A stretch of 64,000 nucleotides of DNA from Eledone cirrhosa. Taxonomy: Eukaryota. Under the pieces are notes generated by a model. The model was not told the DNA's origin. It saw only the letters and a list, made by a program, of their open reading frames with translations, and searched no databases. The stretch covers positions 1,488,001 through 1,552,000 of the forward strand of contig OZ024742.1 in NCBI GenBank assembly GCA_964016885.1, read 5' to 3'. Every line of letters starts with the position of its first letter. Position 1 is the stretch's first letter. The position numbers and the translations under genes are program-made. Shown here in pieces: positions 42,701-54,089 of the stretch.

Positions 42701-44097
42701 TAACAGAGGAGTTCAAGACAGGCTGCCCATGGGAACTCCTATACGCAGACGACCTGACACGCATAGCGGAATCAATGGCCGAGCTAGAGAAGAAATTCCA
42801 AACATGGAAGCACGGCCTAGAGTCAAAAGGACTTAAAATTAACCTGGCTAAGACCAAAGTACTAGTTTGTAGGAAAGAAAACAAGGCGGCGGTCCCTTCT
42901 GGGAAATGGTCGTGCTCGGTGTGTAGGAAAGGCGTAGGTAGAAACTCCATTTTATATCCTAAATGCAAAGTATGGGTGCATAAAAGATGTAGTGGGATCA
43001 CAGGTAAGCTAACTAAGAACATAGATTTTACATGTGGCCGGTGCTCTGGTGCAATAAGTAGCAGCAAGTGCCCACAAAATACTAGCTCTTTCAATTGTGC
43101 AGAGGGTTCTATAGAAATAGTGGACAGCTTCCGTTACCTGGGCGATAAAATCAGCAGTGGGGGAGGGTGCTCTGAAAGTACTGTAGCTAGAGTCAGAACT
43201 GGTTGGAAAAAGTTCAGAGAGCTTATACCACTATTAGCTGCTAAAGGGTTCTCCCTAAAAATGAAAGGCAGGTTGTACGATGCCTGCATACGAACAGCAA
43301 TGCTGCATGGCAGTGAGACCTGGGCATTGTGTGCAGAGGATATACGCAGACTAGAGAGGAACGAAGCTTGCATGCTCCGCTGGATGTGTAACAGTAATAT
43401 ACGTGAACGGCAAAGCATAAACGAACTAAGGAAAAAATTAGAGATAAGAGGGATCAGATGTTGTTTACTCGAGAGAAGGCTACGTTGGTATGGACACGTG
43501 ATGCGCATGAAAGTCGATAGCTGTATAACAAAGTGCAGGGCAATAAAGATAGACGGTAGTCACGGAATAGGCAGACCTAGAAAAACCTGGGACGAGCTGA
43601 TAAACTCCGACATCACACACTTACACCTCTCCAAGACAATGTCACTGGACCGAGACCTTTGGCGCTACTCAGTAACAGAGAAGACCCGCCTTACCTAAAT
43701 ATATAGTAAAACCTACTCCAGCCAGTAGGCATCTCTAACAAAATACACCCCGTCCCACCACCACCACCCCCACCCCATCCACACCACCCCGTTCTATGTA
43801 AAGTTATGTTGGTGCCGCGCCATCGAGGCCGAAACAAATGAGATCGTGTAGGTGTCACAACAAAAAAACACACAGTCCACGCTGTAATGTGGCCGTGTAG
43901 GCAACACGGTAAAAACCTCCCAGACCCACACTGTAAATGTGGTTGGTGTTAGGAAGGGTATCCAACTGTAGAAAACCTGCCAGACAGTCCTATGCGAGCA
44001 AGACAATCACTCTTGCCTCAAGTGGGACTACCCCCGTCCAAACCCATGCAAGCGTGGAACACGGACGTTAAATGTTGATGATGATGATGATGATGAT
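39793..44097 (+). mobile_element. RTE-clade LINE (RTE-PHD family), near full length; 5' boundary uncertain
   Basis: APE endonuclease + RT ORF, 3'UTR ending in (GAT)n at ~44097; possible imperfect target duplication atactctatat / atactttatat. Confidence 0.9.
40462..43698 (+). pseudogene. RTE ORF (APE endonuclease - RT - PHD finger) interrupted by one in-frame TAA at 41269-41271
   Basis: Motifs GTINVGTL, CIQETRW, SAYAPQ, G(N)LNGH, QVDYIL, QHRLI; [32 protein letters not shown]. ORFs 40462 and 41317 are in the same frame; the second copy has GAA where this has TAA. Confidence 0.93.
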
Positions 44098-44110
44098 ATA
44101 CTTTATATGC

Positions 44111-44260
44111 ATGGAGGTGCCACGGCAAAAAAGCACCCAGCACTCACTGTAAATGGGGTTGGTGTTAGGAAGGGCATCCAGCTGTAGAAATCAAGCCAGA
44201 ATCAGTTCCCGTCCCACCCTTGCAAGCAGGGAAAAGCGGACGTAAAATGAAATGATGATG
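44111..44260 (+). mobile_element. 5'-truncated family C SINE (3' half)
   Basis: Matches 39630-39781; even shorter 3' stubs at ~39150-39190, ~44586-44640 and ~46451-46488. Confidence 0.85.
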
Positions 44261-44664
44261 ATATACATTATAAAACTCTTTTTTAAAAGGATTGTCCCTC
44301 TCATCTTTTCAATAATGTCACTTTGACGAATCAAAGAAAGGGAAAAAAAAGAAGAAAAACAGACCCTAAAATATATTTTCCGTGCTATTTCCAACTTCAC
44401 CTTTTCTCTATATCCACTGTTTTGTATAGAACGTCACTTCCCTTTTCAAATATATATATACAAACTACTACAGACATACACACATATACTTGTACATTTG
44501 AGTTTACAAGCATGAGGAAAAAGTGCTCAATACCAATGTAGAGAGAATATTATTTATTATATTACGAGAATTACTCTTTTGCTGGCGTCCACCCTTGCAA
44601 GCAGGGAAAAGCGGACGTAAAATGATGATGATGATGATGATATGTGTGTCTATATATATATATA

Positions 44665-44709
<45 letters not shown>

Positions 44710-44713
44710 ATAC

Positions 44714-44908
44714 AATAAAGAATCAGGACCCTGGCTGAGGACTTGCCGTTTCAACAGCAAGTCCCAGACTCTGGAACTAGCTGTTGAAATGGCAAGTGCT
44801 CAGCTGTCGGGGTCCCGGCACTTTATAATATAACCATACTCTACTACCCCAAGTATTGAGTACTCTGTTCAGTAAAGGTCTAACTAGTTTGAAACTGAAT
44901 CCATCCCG
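44714..44908 (+). mobile_element. Hairpin element family A, diverged copy 2
   Basis: Imperfect inverted arms around ~44770, GAAATGGC..GCTGTC-GGGGTCC, tail actctactaccccaagtattgagtact shared with copies 1 and 3; in TA/TG tract. Confidence 0.7.
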
Positions 44909-44920
44909 ATATATATATAT

Positions 44921-45164
44921 ATGAGTAAATATCTTTAAGTCGTTTGGAAGCCTCGACAATGCAAATGGGTAAATCTCCGGGTAACAAGATCCGGTGGTGG
45001 AGAGAGAGATGTAAGTGGGTGTACGTTGAGATGCGTGGCGTGTATAAGATGTGTAGAAGAATGAAGGAAAAAGTATAAAGGATAAAATTAAAATAACAAC
45101 ACGAGAGAGAGTTACCTTGGGAGAGATTTAATTGTCCCTATATATTTCGGATTCACATCCATCA
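44921..45164 (-). mobile_element. Putative Penelope-like terminal fragment beginning with a 5'-truncated minimal hammerhead (45133-45164)
   Basis: Minus strand: ..UGA-U-GGAU-guga-AUCC-GAAA-UAUA-UA-GGGACA; the CUGA and 5' stem I strand are missing; 3' end runs into (TA)n. Confidence 0.5.
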
Positions 45165-46438
45165 ACTGGGGGTTTTCTACGGCTGGGTGCCCTTCCCAAC
45201 ACCAACCACGTTTACAGTGTGGACTGGGAAGTTTTTACCGTGTTACCTACACGGCCACATTACAGCGTGGACTGTGTCTTTTTTTGTCGTGACACCTACA
45301 CGACCTCATTTGTTTCAGACTGGATGTTGTAGTACCGACATAACTTCACATTTAAGAGGGGGGGGGGTTATTTTTGTTAGAGGTGCCTACTGACTAGGTT
45401 TTGTTTTGTACTTAGGCAAGGCGGGTCTTCTGTATTACTGTGTAGCGCCAAAGATCTTGGTCCAGTGACATTGTCTTGGAGAGGTGTAAGTGTGTGAGGT
45501 CGGAATTTATCAAGTCGTCTCAGGTTTTTCTGGGTCTGCCTACTCCGTGGCTACCGTCTATTTTTATTGCCCTGCACTTTTTTATACAGCTGTCGTCTTT
45601 CATGCGCATCACGTAACCATACCAACGTAGTCTTCTCTCGAGTAAACAACATCTGATCCCTCTTATTTCTAATTTTTCCCTTAGTTCGTTTATGCTTTGC
45701 CGTTCACGTATATTACTATTACACATCCAGTGGAGCATGCAAGCTTCATTCCTCTCCAGTCTGCGTATATCCTCTGCACACAATGCCCAGGTCTCACTGC
45801 CATGTAACATTGCTGTTCGGATGCAGGCATCATACAGCCTGCCTTACATTTTTAGAGAGAACCCTTTAGCGGCTAATAGTGGTATAAGCTCTCTGAACTT
45901 TTTCCATCCAGTTCTGACTCTAGCTACTGTACTTTCAGAGCACCCTCCACCACTGCTGATTTTGTCAGCCAAGTAACGGAAGGTGTCCACTGTTTCTATA
46001 GAACCATCTGTGCAATGGAATGAGCTAGTATTCTGTGGGCACTTGCTGCTACTTATTGCACCAGAGCACCGGCCACATATAAAATCTATGTTCTTAGTTA
46101 GCTTACCTGTGATCCCACTACATCTTTTATGCACCCATACTTTGCATTTGGGACATAAAATGGAGTTTCTACCTACTCCTTTCCTACACACTGAGCATGG
46201 CCATTTCCCGGATGGGACCGATGCCCTATTTTCCTTCCTACAAACTAGAACTTTAGTCTTAGACAGGTTAATTTTAAGGCCTTTTGATTCTAGGCCATGC
46301 TTCCATGTTTGGAATTTCTTCTCTAGTTCGGCCATTGATTCAGCTATGAGCGTTAGATCATCTGCATATAGGAGTTCCCATGGGCAGCCAGTCTTGAACT
46401 CCACTGTTATAGCCTGAAGGGCAATAATAAATAGTAGT
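45165..46438 (-). mobile_element. Diverged RTE-PHD fragment (RT C-half, PHD, part of 3'UTR), truncated at both ends
   Basis: ORFs 45844..46506(-) and 45520..45810(-) align to the RTE ORF (YADD, CSVC..CPKC..H..C..CGRC) with premature stops; no (GAT)n tail. Confidence 0.92.
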
Positions 46439-46572
46439 ATATATATATATTTGCAAGCAGGGAAAAGCGGACATAAAATGATGATGATAATTTTATATAA
46501 GAACAATGTTACTTAGTAATGAAATAACTTGAGTAAGCCTTCAACATTTTTCATTAATTAATTGAACTATGT

Positions 46573-47180
46573 ATCATCATCACCACCACCATCACCACCA
46601 TCACCACCACCACCATTACCACCATTACCACTACCACCATTACCACCATCACCACCACCACCACCACCACCACCATTACCACCACCACCATCACCACCAT
46701 TACCATCACCACCGTCACCACCACCACTACCACCACCACCACCATTACCTCCACCACCATCACCACCATTACCACCACCACCACCAACACCACCATTACC
46801 ACCACCAACACCACCATTACCACCATCACCACCATTACCACCACCATCACCACCATTACCATCACCACCACCATCACCATCATCACCACCATTACCACCA
46901 CCATCACCACTATTACCACCACCACCATTACCACCACCACCACCATCACCACCATTACCACCACCACCACCACAACCACCACCATGTCCACTTTTCCAGA
47001 GGTATTTCATTATATTTATATAATCACAAGAAATGTGACCCTTAAAAACTGCTTGTTGTTTAAGGTGGTGGTGGTGGTGGTGGTGGTGTTGGTGACAGTG
47101 GTGGTGGTGGTGGTGGGGATGATGGTGATGGTGGTGGTGGTGATGAGGGTGTTGGTGGTAGTGGTGGTGATGGTGTTTAT
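46573..47180. repeat. (CCA)n tract 46573-46984 followed by opposed (TGG)n tract 47063-47180
   Basis: Direct reading. Confidence 0.95.
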
Positions 47181-47259
47181 GATGATAATTATTCTTTACA
47201 TTATGTTGTATTTGTAACGTTGACTTCTAATTTCATTTTATGAATATTTTGTTTTTCAG

Positions 47260-47343
47260 AAGAAGATTTCATAATGCAGACAGCTTCTGAGATGCAGAAC
47301 CTTAAAGAATTGGAACCTATAATTAGTAGTGAACATATAAAAG
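47260..47343 (+). CDS. DCTN3: Internal coding exon (84 nt, phase 1/1) of dynactin subunit 3 (p22/p24)
   Basis: ttttgtttttcag acceptor, AAAG|gttcgt donor; translates (E)EDFIMQTASEMQNLKELEPIISSEHIK, gap-free against human DCTN3 [28 protein letters not shown] (recalled sequence); other exons not found in window. Confidence 0.75.
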
Positions 47344-47864
47344 GTTCGTCAATGTTGTTATACTATAGAATTATAAGAGAAAAGGTAAAAAAAAGATTAG
47401 TAATAATACCTGACCCTGCTCAGGTATATGTAAAATAAACACCTTTCAGTTGTGTCAATTACACAACAGCCGTGTTGGTGAGCTATATGATAAACACACC
47501 CAGTACATGTAAAGTATTTGGTGATAGGAAGGACCCTCCAGTTGTGTCAAAGACATGACAGCCTCTCTAGTGTTGGTGAACTACATGATAAATGCACCCA
47601 GTACACGGGCTCAGCATAGACAAATTTTTAAGGTCACCTAGCAATTGTAAGATTTTGCTTTGATCCCCTTCATAGTATCTTAGTGATGTATCACCTACAA
47701 CAATTTTGGGTCAACCAAAGCGTTGTGAGGGAAATTAGATAGAAAGTTTTGGGCAGCTTATCAGGTGGACTGTATCCGTAATTTAAAATATCAGTCTTCT
47801 CACAGCACACTGTGTCAAACTGATTCTGCCCAACAATTACATTAAAAGTATCCATGAAACCTTG

Positions 47865-48100
47865 TGGTAAAGGTGTTGGACTTAAGATAAAAAAATCATG
47901 GGTTCAATTCGTGGACTGGGTTGTGTGTTGTGTTCTTGGGCAAAACACTTCATTTCAAGTTGCTCCATATACACAGCTGAAAATGAGTACCAGCAATAGC
48001 TGCGGGTTTAACTCTGTGATGGACTGGCGTCCTTTCCAGGGGGATGTTTTGTATTTTCAGTCACTTAACACCACGGAAACCAAGATGAGCACCGGCCTGA
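47865..48100 (+). mobile_element. Old diverged CORE-type SINE
   Basis: B-box GGTTCAATTC, TGTTCTTGGGCAAAACACTT, CAGCTGAAAATGAGTACC, followed by GTGATGGACTGGCGTCCTTTCCAGGGG. Confidence 0.65.
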
Positions 48101-48109
48101 TAAGCTTTC

Positions 48110-51100
48110 ATATCACCTTAGACTATGTCCAGTCACCCTATCACCTTAGACCACTCTGCTACTATGTCCAGTCACCCTATCACCTTAGACCACTCTGCTA
48201 CTATGTCCAGTCACCCTATCACCTTAGACCACTCTGCTACTATGTCCAGTCACCCTATCACCTTAGACCACTCTGCTACTATGTCCAGTCACCCTATCAC
48301 CTTAGACCACTCTGCTACTATGTCCAGTCACCCTATCACCTTAGACCACTCTGCTACTATGTCCAGTCACCCTATCACCTTAGACCACTCTGCTACTATG
48401 TCCAGTCACCCTATCACCTTAGACCACTCTGCTACTATGTCCAGTCACCCTATCACCTTAGACCACTCTGCTACTATGTCCAGTCACCCTATCACCTTAG
48501 ACCACTCTGCTACTATGTCCAGTCACCCTATCACCTTAGACCACTCTGCTACTATGTCCAGTCACCCTATCACCTTAGACCACTCTGCTACTATGTCCAG
48601 TCACCCTATCACCTTAGACAACTCTGTTACTATGTCCAGTCACCCTATCACCTTAGACCACTCTGCTACTATGTCCAGTCACCCTATCACCTTAGACCAC
48701 TCTGCTACTATGTCCAGTCACCCTATCACCTTAGACCACTCTGCTACTATGTCCAGTCACCCTATCACCTTAGACCACTCTGCTACTATGTCCAGTCACC
48801 CTATCACCTTAGACCACTCTGCTACTATGTCCAGTCACCCTATCACCTTAGACCACTCTGCTACTATGTCCAGTCACCCTATCACCTTAGACCACTCTGC
48901 TACTATGTCCAGTCACCCTATCACCTTAGACCACTCTGCTACTATGTCCAGTCACCCTATCACCTTAAACCACTCTGCTACTATGTCCAGTCACCATATC
49001 ACCTTAGACCACTCTGTTACTATGTCCAGTCACCCTATCACTTTAGACCACTCTGTTACTATGTCCAGTCACCTTATCACCTTAGACCACTCTGTTACTA
49101 TGTCCAGTCACCCTATTACTTTAGACCACTCTGCTACTATGTCCATTCACCCTATCACCTTAGACCACTCTGTTACTATGTCCAGTCACCCTATCACTTT
49201 AGACCACTCTGTTACTATGTCCAGTCACCCTATCACCTTAGACCACTCTGCTACTATGTCCAGTCACCCTATCACCTTAGACCACTCTGTTACTATGTCC
49301 AGTCACCCTATCACTTTAGACCACTCTGTTACTATGTCCAGTCACCCTATCACCTTAGACCACTCTGTTACTATGTCCAGTCACCCTATCACCTTAGACC
49401 ATTCTGTTACTATGTCCAGTCACCCTATCACCTTAGACCACTCTGTTACTATGTCCAGTCACCCTATCACTTTAGACCACTCTGTTACTATGTCCAGTCA
49501 CCCTATCACCTTAGACCACTCTGTTACTATGTCCAGTCACCCTATCACCTTAGACCACTCTGTTACTATGTCCAGTCACCCTATCACCTTAGACCACTCT
49601 GTTACTATGTCCAGTCACCCTATCACCTTAGACCACTCTGTTACTATGTCCAGTCACCCTATCACCTTAGACCATTCTGTTACTATGTCCAGTCACCCTA
49701 TCACCTTAGACCACTCTGTTACTATGTCCAGTCACCCTATCACCTTAGACCATTCTGTTACTATGTCCAGTCACCCTATCACCTTAGACCATTCTGTTAC
49801 TATGTCCAGTCACCCTATCACCTTAGACCACTCTGTTACTATGTCCAGTCACCCTATCACTTTAGACCACTCTGTTACTATGTCCAGTCACCCTATCACC
49901 TTAGACCACTCTGTTACTATGTCCAGTCACCCTATCACCTTAGACCACTCTGTTACTATGTCCAGTCACCCTATCACTTTAGACCACTCTGTTACTATGT
50001 CCAGTCACCCTATCACCTTAGACCACTCTGCTACTATGTCCATTCACCCTATCACCTTAGACCACTCTGCTACTATGTCCATTCACCCTATCACCTTAGA
50101 CCACTCTGTTACTATGTCCAGTCACCCTATCACCTTAGACCGCTCTGTTACTATGTCCAGTCACCCTATCACTTAGACCACTCTGTTACTATGTCCAGTC
50201 ACCCTATCACTTAGACCACTCTGTTACTATGTCCAGTCACCCTATCACCTTAGACCACTCTTTTACTATGTCCAGTCACCCTATCACCTTAGACCACTCT
50301 GTTACTATGTCCAGTCACCCTATCACCTTAGACCACTCTGTTACTATGTCCAGTCACCCTATCACCTTAGACCACTCTGTTACTATGTCCAGTCACCTTA
50401 TCACCTTAGACCACTCTGTTACTATGTCCAGTCACCCTATCACCTTAGACCACTCTGTTACTATGTCCAGTCACCCTACCACCTTAGACCACTCTGTTAC
50501 TATGTCCAGTCACCCTATCACCTTAGACCACTCTGTTACTATGTCCAGTCACCCTATCACCTTAGACCACTCTGTTACTATGTCCAGTCACCCTATCACC
50601 TTAGACCACTCTGTTACTATGTCCAGTCACCCTATCACCTTAGACCACTCTGTTACTATGTCCAGTCACCCTATCACTTAGACCACTCTGTTACTATGTC
50701 CAGTCACCCTATCACCTTAGACCACTCTGTTACTATGTCCAGTCACCCTATCACCTTAGACCACTCTGTTACTATGTCCAGTCACCCTATCACCTTAGAC
50801 CACTCTGTTACTATGTCCAGTCACCCTATCACCTTAGACCACTCTGTTACTATGTCCAGTCACCCTATCACTTAGACCACTCTGTTACTATGTCCAGTCA
50901 CCCTATCACCTTAGACCACTCTGTTACTATGTCCAGTCACCCTATCACCTTAGACCACTCTGTTACTATGTCCAGTCACCCTATCACCTTAGACCACTCT
51001 GTTACTATGTCCAGTCACCCTATCACCTTAGACCACTCTGTTACTATGTCCAGTCACCCTATCACCTTAGACCACTCTGTTACTATGTCCAGTCACCCTA

Positions 51101-51130
51101 TCACTTAGACCACTCTGTTACTATGTCCAG
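48110..51130. repeat. 39-bp minisatellite (TATCACCTTAGACCACTCTGYTACTATGTCCAGTCACCC)n, ~77 units
   Basis: Unit read directly; 13-aa period in the ORF track. Confidence 0.99.
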
Positions 51131-51185
51131 ATGTTAATATTTTATTGTCTGCAGGCAAAATATTGTTTTACCAAGGATTATTGTA

Positions 51186-51370
51186 ATAATTGTTTCTACT
51201 TTAGGCACAAGGCCAGCAAAAACCCAGTGCATTACTGGTACTTTATTTTATCGACCTCGTAAGGATGAAAGGCAAAGTCGACCTCGGCGGGATTTGAACT
51301 CAGATCGTAAAGGGACGTAACTATGCTTGAAAGCATGGCGTCCAACCCTCTACCGATACTGCCAACCCAC
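51186..51370 (-). mobile_element. tRNA-derived SINE family B
   Basis: Reverse complement of the 38272 copy (ggatttgaac = B-box, ccgatactgcca = A-box). Confidence 0.85.
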
Positions 51371-51730
51371 AATAATAGAAACCAATTTTAGAAATACAAT
51401 AATAAATGTGGAATTATATTATATTTAATCAAATTTTCACATTGTTGGATTTTAATTAATTTTCTCATTGTTTCATGTGATCTAGTCTAGTCTAGTTTGG
51501 TTAGTAGTAGTAGTAGTAGTTAGCAGAGGAGGGGGAAGAGCTGTTCTATTTTAACCTTGGTGAATCATGTCTTGGCTATACTTTCATCTGAAGAAGTCAA
51601 CAAGAGAAATACCTGACGGCTTGCTAGAATAGGAATATAAACCAAATACAATGATTTCTAATTTAGGTACACGGCCAACAATTTGTGGAGGGGTGAGGAA
51701 GAGGGAGTTGATTACATTAACTGCAGTTAA

Positions 51731-52130
51731 TATATATCACCATCATATATACACACACACATATATATATATGTGTGTATATATGATGGTGATATATGTG
51801 TGTGTGTATATATGATGGTGATATATATATGTGTGTGTGTGTGTATATGATGGTGATATATATATATGTGTGTGTGTATATGATGGTGATATATATATAT
51901 ATATGTGTGTGTGTATATGATGGTGATATATATATATATGTGTGTATATATGATGGTGATATATATATATATGTGTGTATATATGATGGTGATATATATA
52001 TATATATGTGTGTATATATGATGGTGATATATATATATATATGTGTGTATATATGATGGTGATATATATATATATATGTGTGTGTGTATATATGATGGTA
52101 ATATATATATATCACCATCATATATATATA
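51731..52130. repeat. Variable-length (ATATGTGTGTATATATGATGGTGATAT)-like minisatellite
   Basis: About ten GATGGTGAT-anchored units with variable TA/TG spacers. Confidence 0.9.
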
Positions 52131-52455
52131 TTCACACACATAGCTGCCTTCATACATAATGGGATATAGTTGCATTCATTGTTTGGAGAAACATTCTTAT
52201 TTGTTGTTGTTGTTATTATTATTATTATTATTTGTTGTTGTTGTTGTTGTTATTCTTGAAGATGATGTAGTTATTGAATTAATGGAAGTTATCATCATTC
52301 AGCCATTGGCTGTTGTATTTGAATCCCTAAATAAATGTTTATCTTTATTTACACACAGGAGCTCCATACTTCTCATGTAAGTCCCCCACTGCAAATATTT
52401 CACTGCTTACTGGTTTTATATGCTTCAAACAAATCCCAGTGAACACCTACAGTCA

Positions 52456-52530
<75 letters not shown>

Positions 52531-52743
52531 CTACCTTTCCACCTTTCCTTCTACCTGTTCATCCATCTATCTACATACATACATATATATCTTGCATGTG
52601 TTGCAGCTTTAGCAGTGAGTGTGTTGTGTGTTCTATAACAGTTGTACAATTGCATGATGTGTGTTGAATTTCCTGAAGTTTTTCTCCAAGAGGACATTTC
52701 AATAATAAAGTCCTCAAAACATTTTGCTGTTGTTTATTCCTTT

Positions 52744-52801
<58 letters not shown>

Positions 52802-53124
52802 TGTTTACTTAATTATGTTTAATACAATTATGTAAGCATAACATCTGTCTTAATGTTATTTCTGTCATGAAAACTCCAAGTTTTATCATCGCAACAGTAG
52901 ACATATACGACTGACATGAAGTGCTTTTAACTGCTTCAATCTGTTTATCTTCATGACAACGCAATGCAACTTCCACTATAATAACCATATGTATATATAT
53001 ACATATAATTATGATAGTGGGTATCTATGAAAGTTGTATTATTATTAAATAACTAGGTGTAGATATGTTTGTGTTTAAAGTTGTATTATTATTAAATAAC
53101 TAGGTGTAGATATGTTTGTGTATT

Positions 53125-53256
53125 GCCCCTTTCTGATCTGAGTTCAAATCCTGCCGAGGTTAACTTTGCCTTTCATCCTTACGGGGTCAATAAAATAAAG
53201 TACCAGTAATGCACTGGTTAATTGCTGGCTTTGTGCCAAAAGCAGAAACAATTATT
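53125..53256 (+). mobile_element. 5'-truncated SINE family B within a ~47-bp local repeat (aaagttgtattattattaaataactaggtgtagatatg x3)
   Basis: B-box and body match the 39234 copy. Confidence 0.8.
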
Positions 53257-53356
53257 ACATAACTACATGTAGATATGTTTGTGTATAAAGTTGTATTATT
53301 ATTAAATAACTAGGTGTAGATATGTCTGTGTATATAACTATCATCATTAAGTGTAT

Positions 53357-53763
53357 ATATGTTGGTCCCACAACATCCAGGCCGAAACAAATGAGATCGT
53401 GTAGGTGTCACGACAAAAAAACACACAGTCCACGCTGTAAATGTGGCCGTGTAGGCAACACGGTAAAAACCTCCCAGCCCCACACTGTAAATGTGGTTGG
53501 TGTTAGGAAGGGCATCCAGCTGTAGAAAACCCGCCAGACAGTCCACGCTGTAATGTGGCCGTGTAGGCAACACGGTAAAAACCTCCCAGCCCCACACTGT
53601 AAATGTGGTTGGTGTTAGGAAGGGCATCCAACTGTAGCAAACCCGCCAGACAGTCCTATGCGAGCAAGACAACCACTCTTGCCTCAAGTGGGAAAACCCC
53701 CGTCCAAACCCATGCAAGCGTGGAACACGGACGCTAAACCTGATGATGATGATGATGATGATG
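53357..53763 (+). mobile_element. RTE-PHD 3'UTR fragment with internal ~113-bp tandem duplication and (GAT)n tail
   Basis: Matches 43805-44097; acagtccacgctgtaa.. block repeated at ~53425 and ~53538. Confidence 0.9.
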
Positions 53764-54089
53764 TTTTGTGTGTATAATAGTATTATCTGGATAAACTAGA
53801 CTATTTCTTCATCTCTTATCTTAATCAGTGACTCTAAAATAATAAAATATTAGAATATATTATTATATGTTGATCACCTTTTACTTCATTGTTTGCTTAG
53901 GGATGTGAAATTCTTGAATTCCTGACATGTTTTGTGATGTCAGATCTTTTTGGCTAAGTATCCACAGGAGGTTCTGCTTTGAAGTTAGTCAAGAGAGACA
54001 TTAACATATGCCGACAAGTTGAAATAAGTTCAGATCATTTTAAATTCATGTAGTTGTGATATATATCATTAGACTATTCTCTATCTATG

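Noticed and set aside
46554-47045. Poly-His/Pro/Gly/Val ORFs
   Set aside because: Trinucleotide microsatellite translations.
47344-47423. Extension of the DCTN3 exon to GCTCAG|gtatat
   Set aside because: Frame stays open, but similarity to DCTN3 ends at HIK and the exon phase would change.
47854-50214. 786-aa and 683-aa repeat ORFs
   Set aside because: Translation of a SINE plus the 39-bp minisatellite; distal 38-bp units break the frame.
48110-51130. CRISPR-like array
   Set aside because: Head-to-tail repeats with no unique spacers, no cas genes, eukaryotic context; the same applies to the other arrays.
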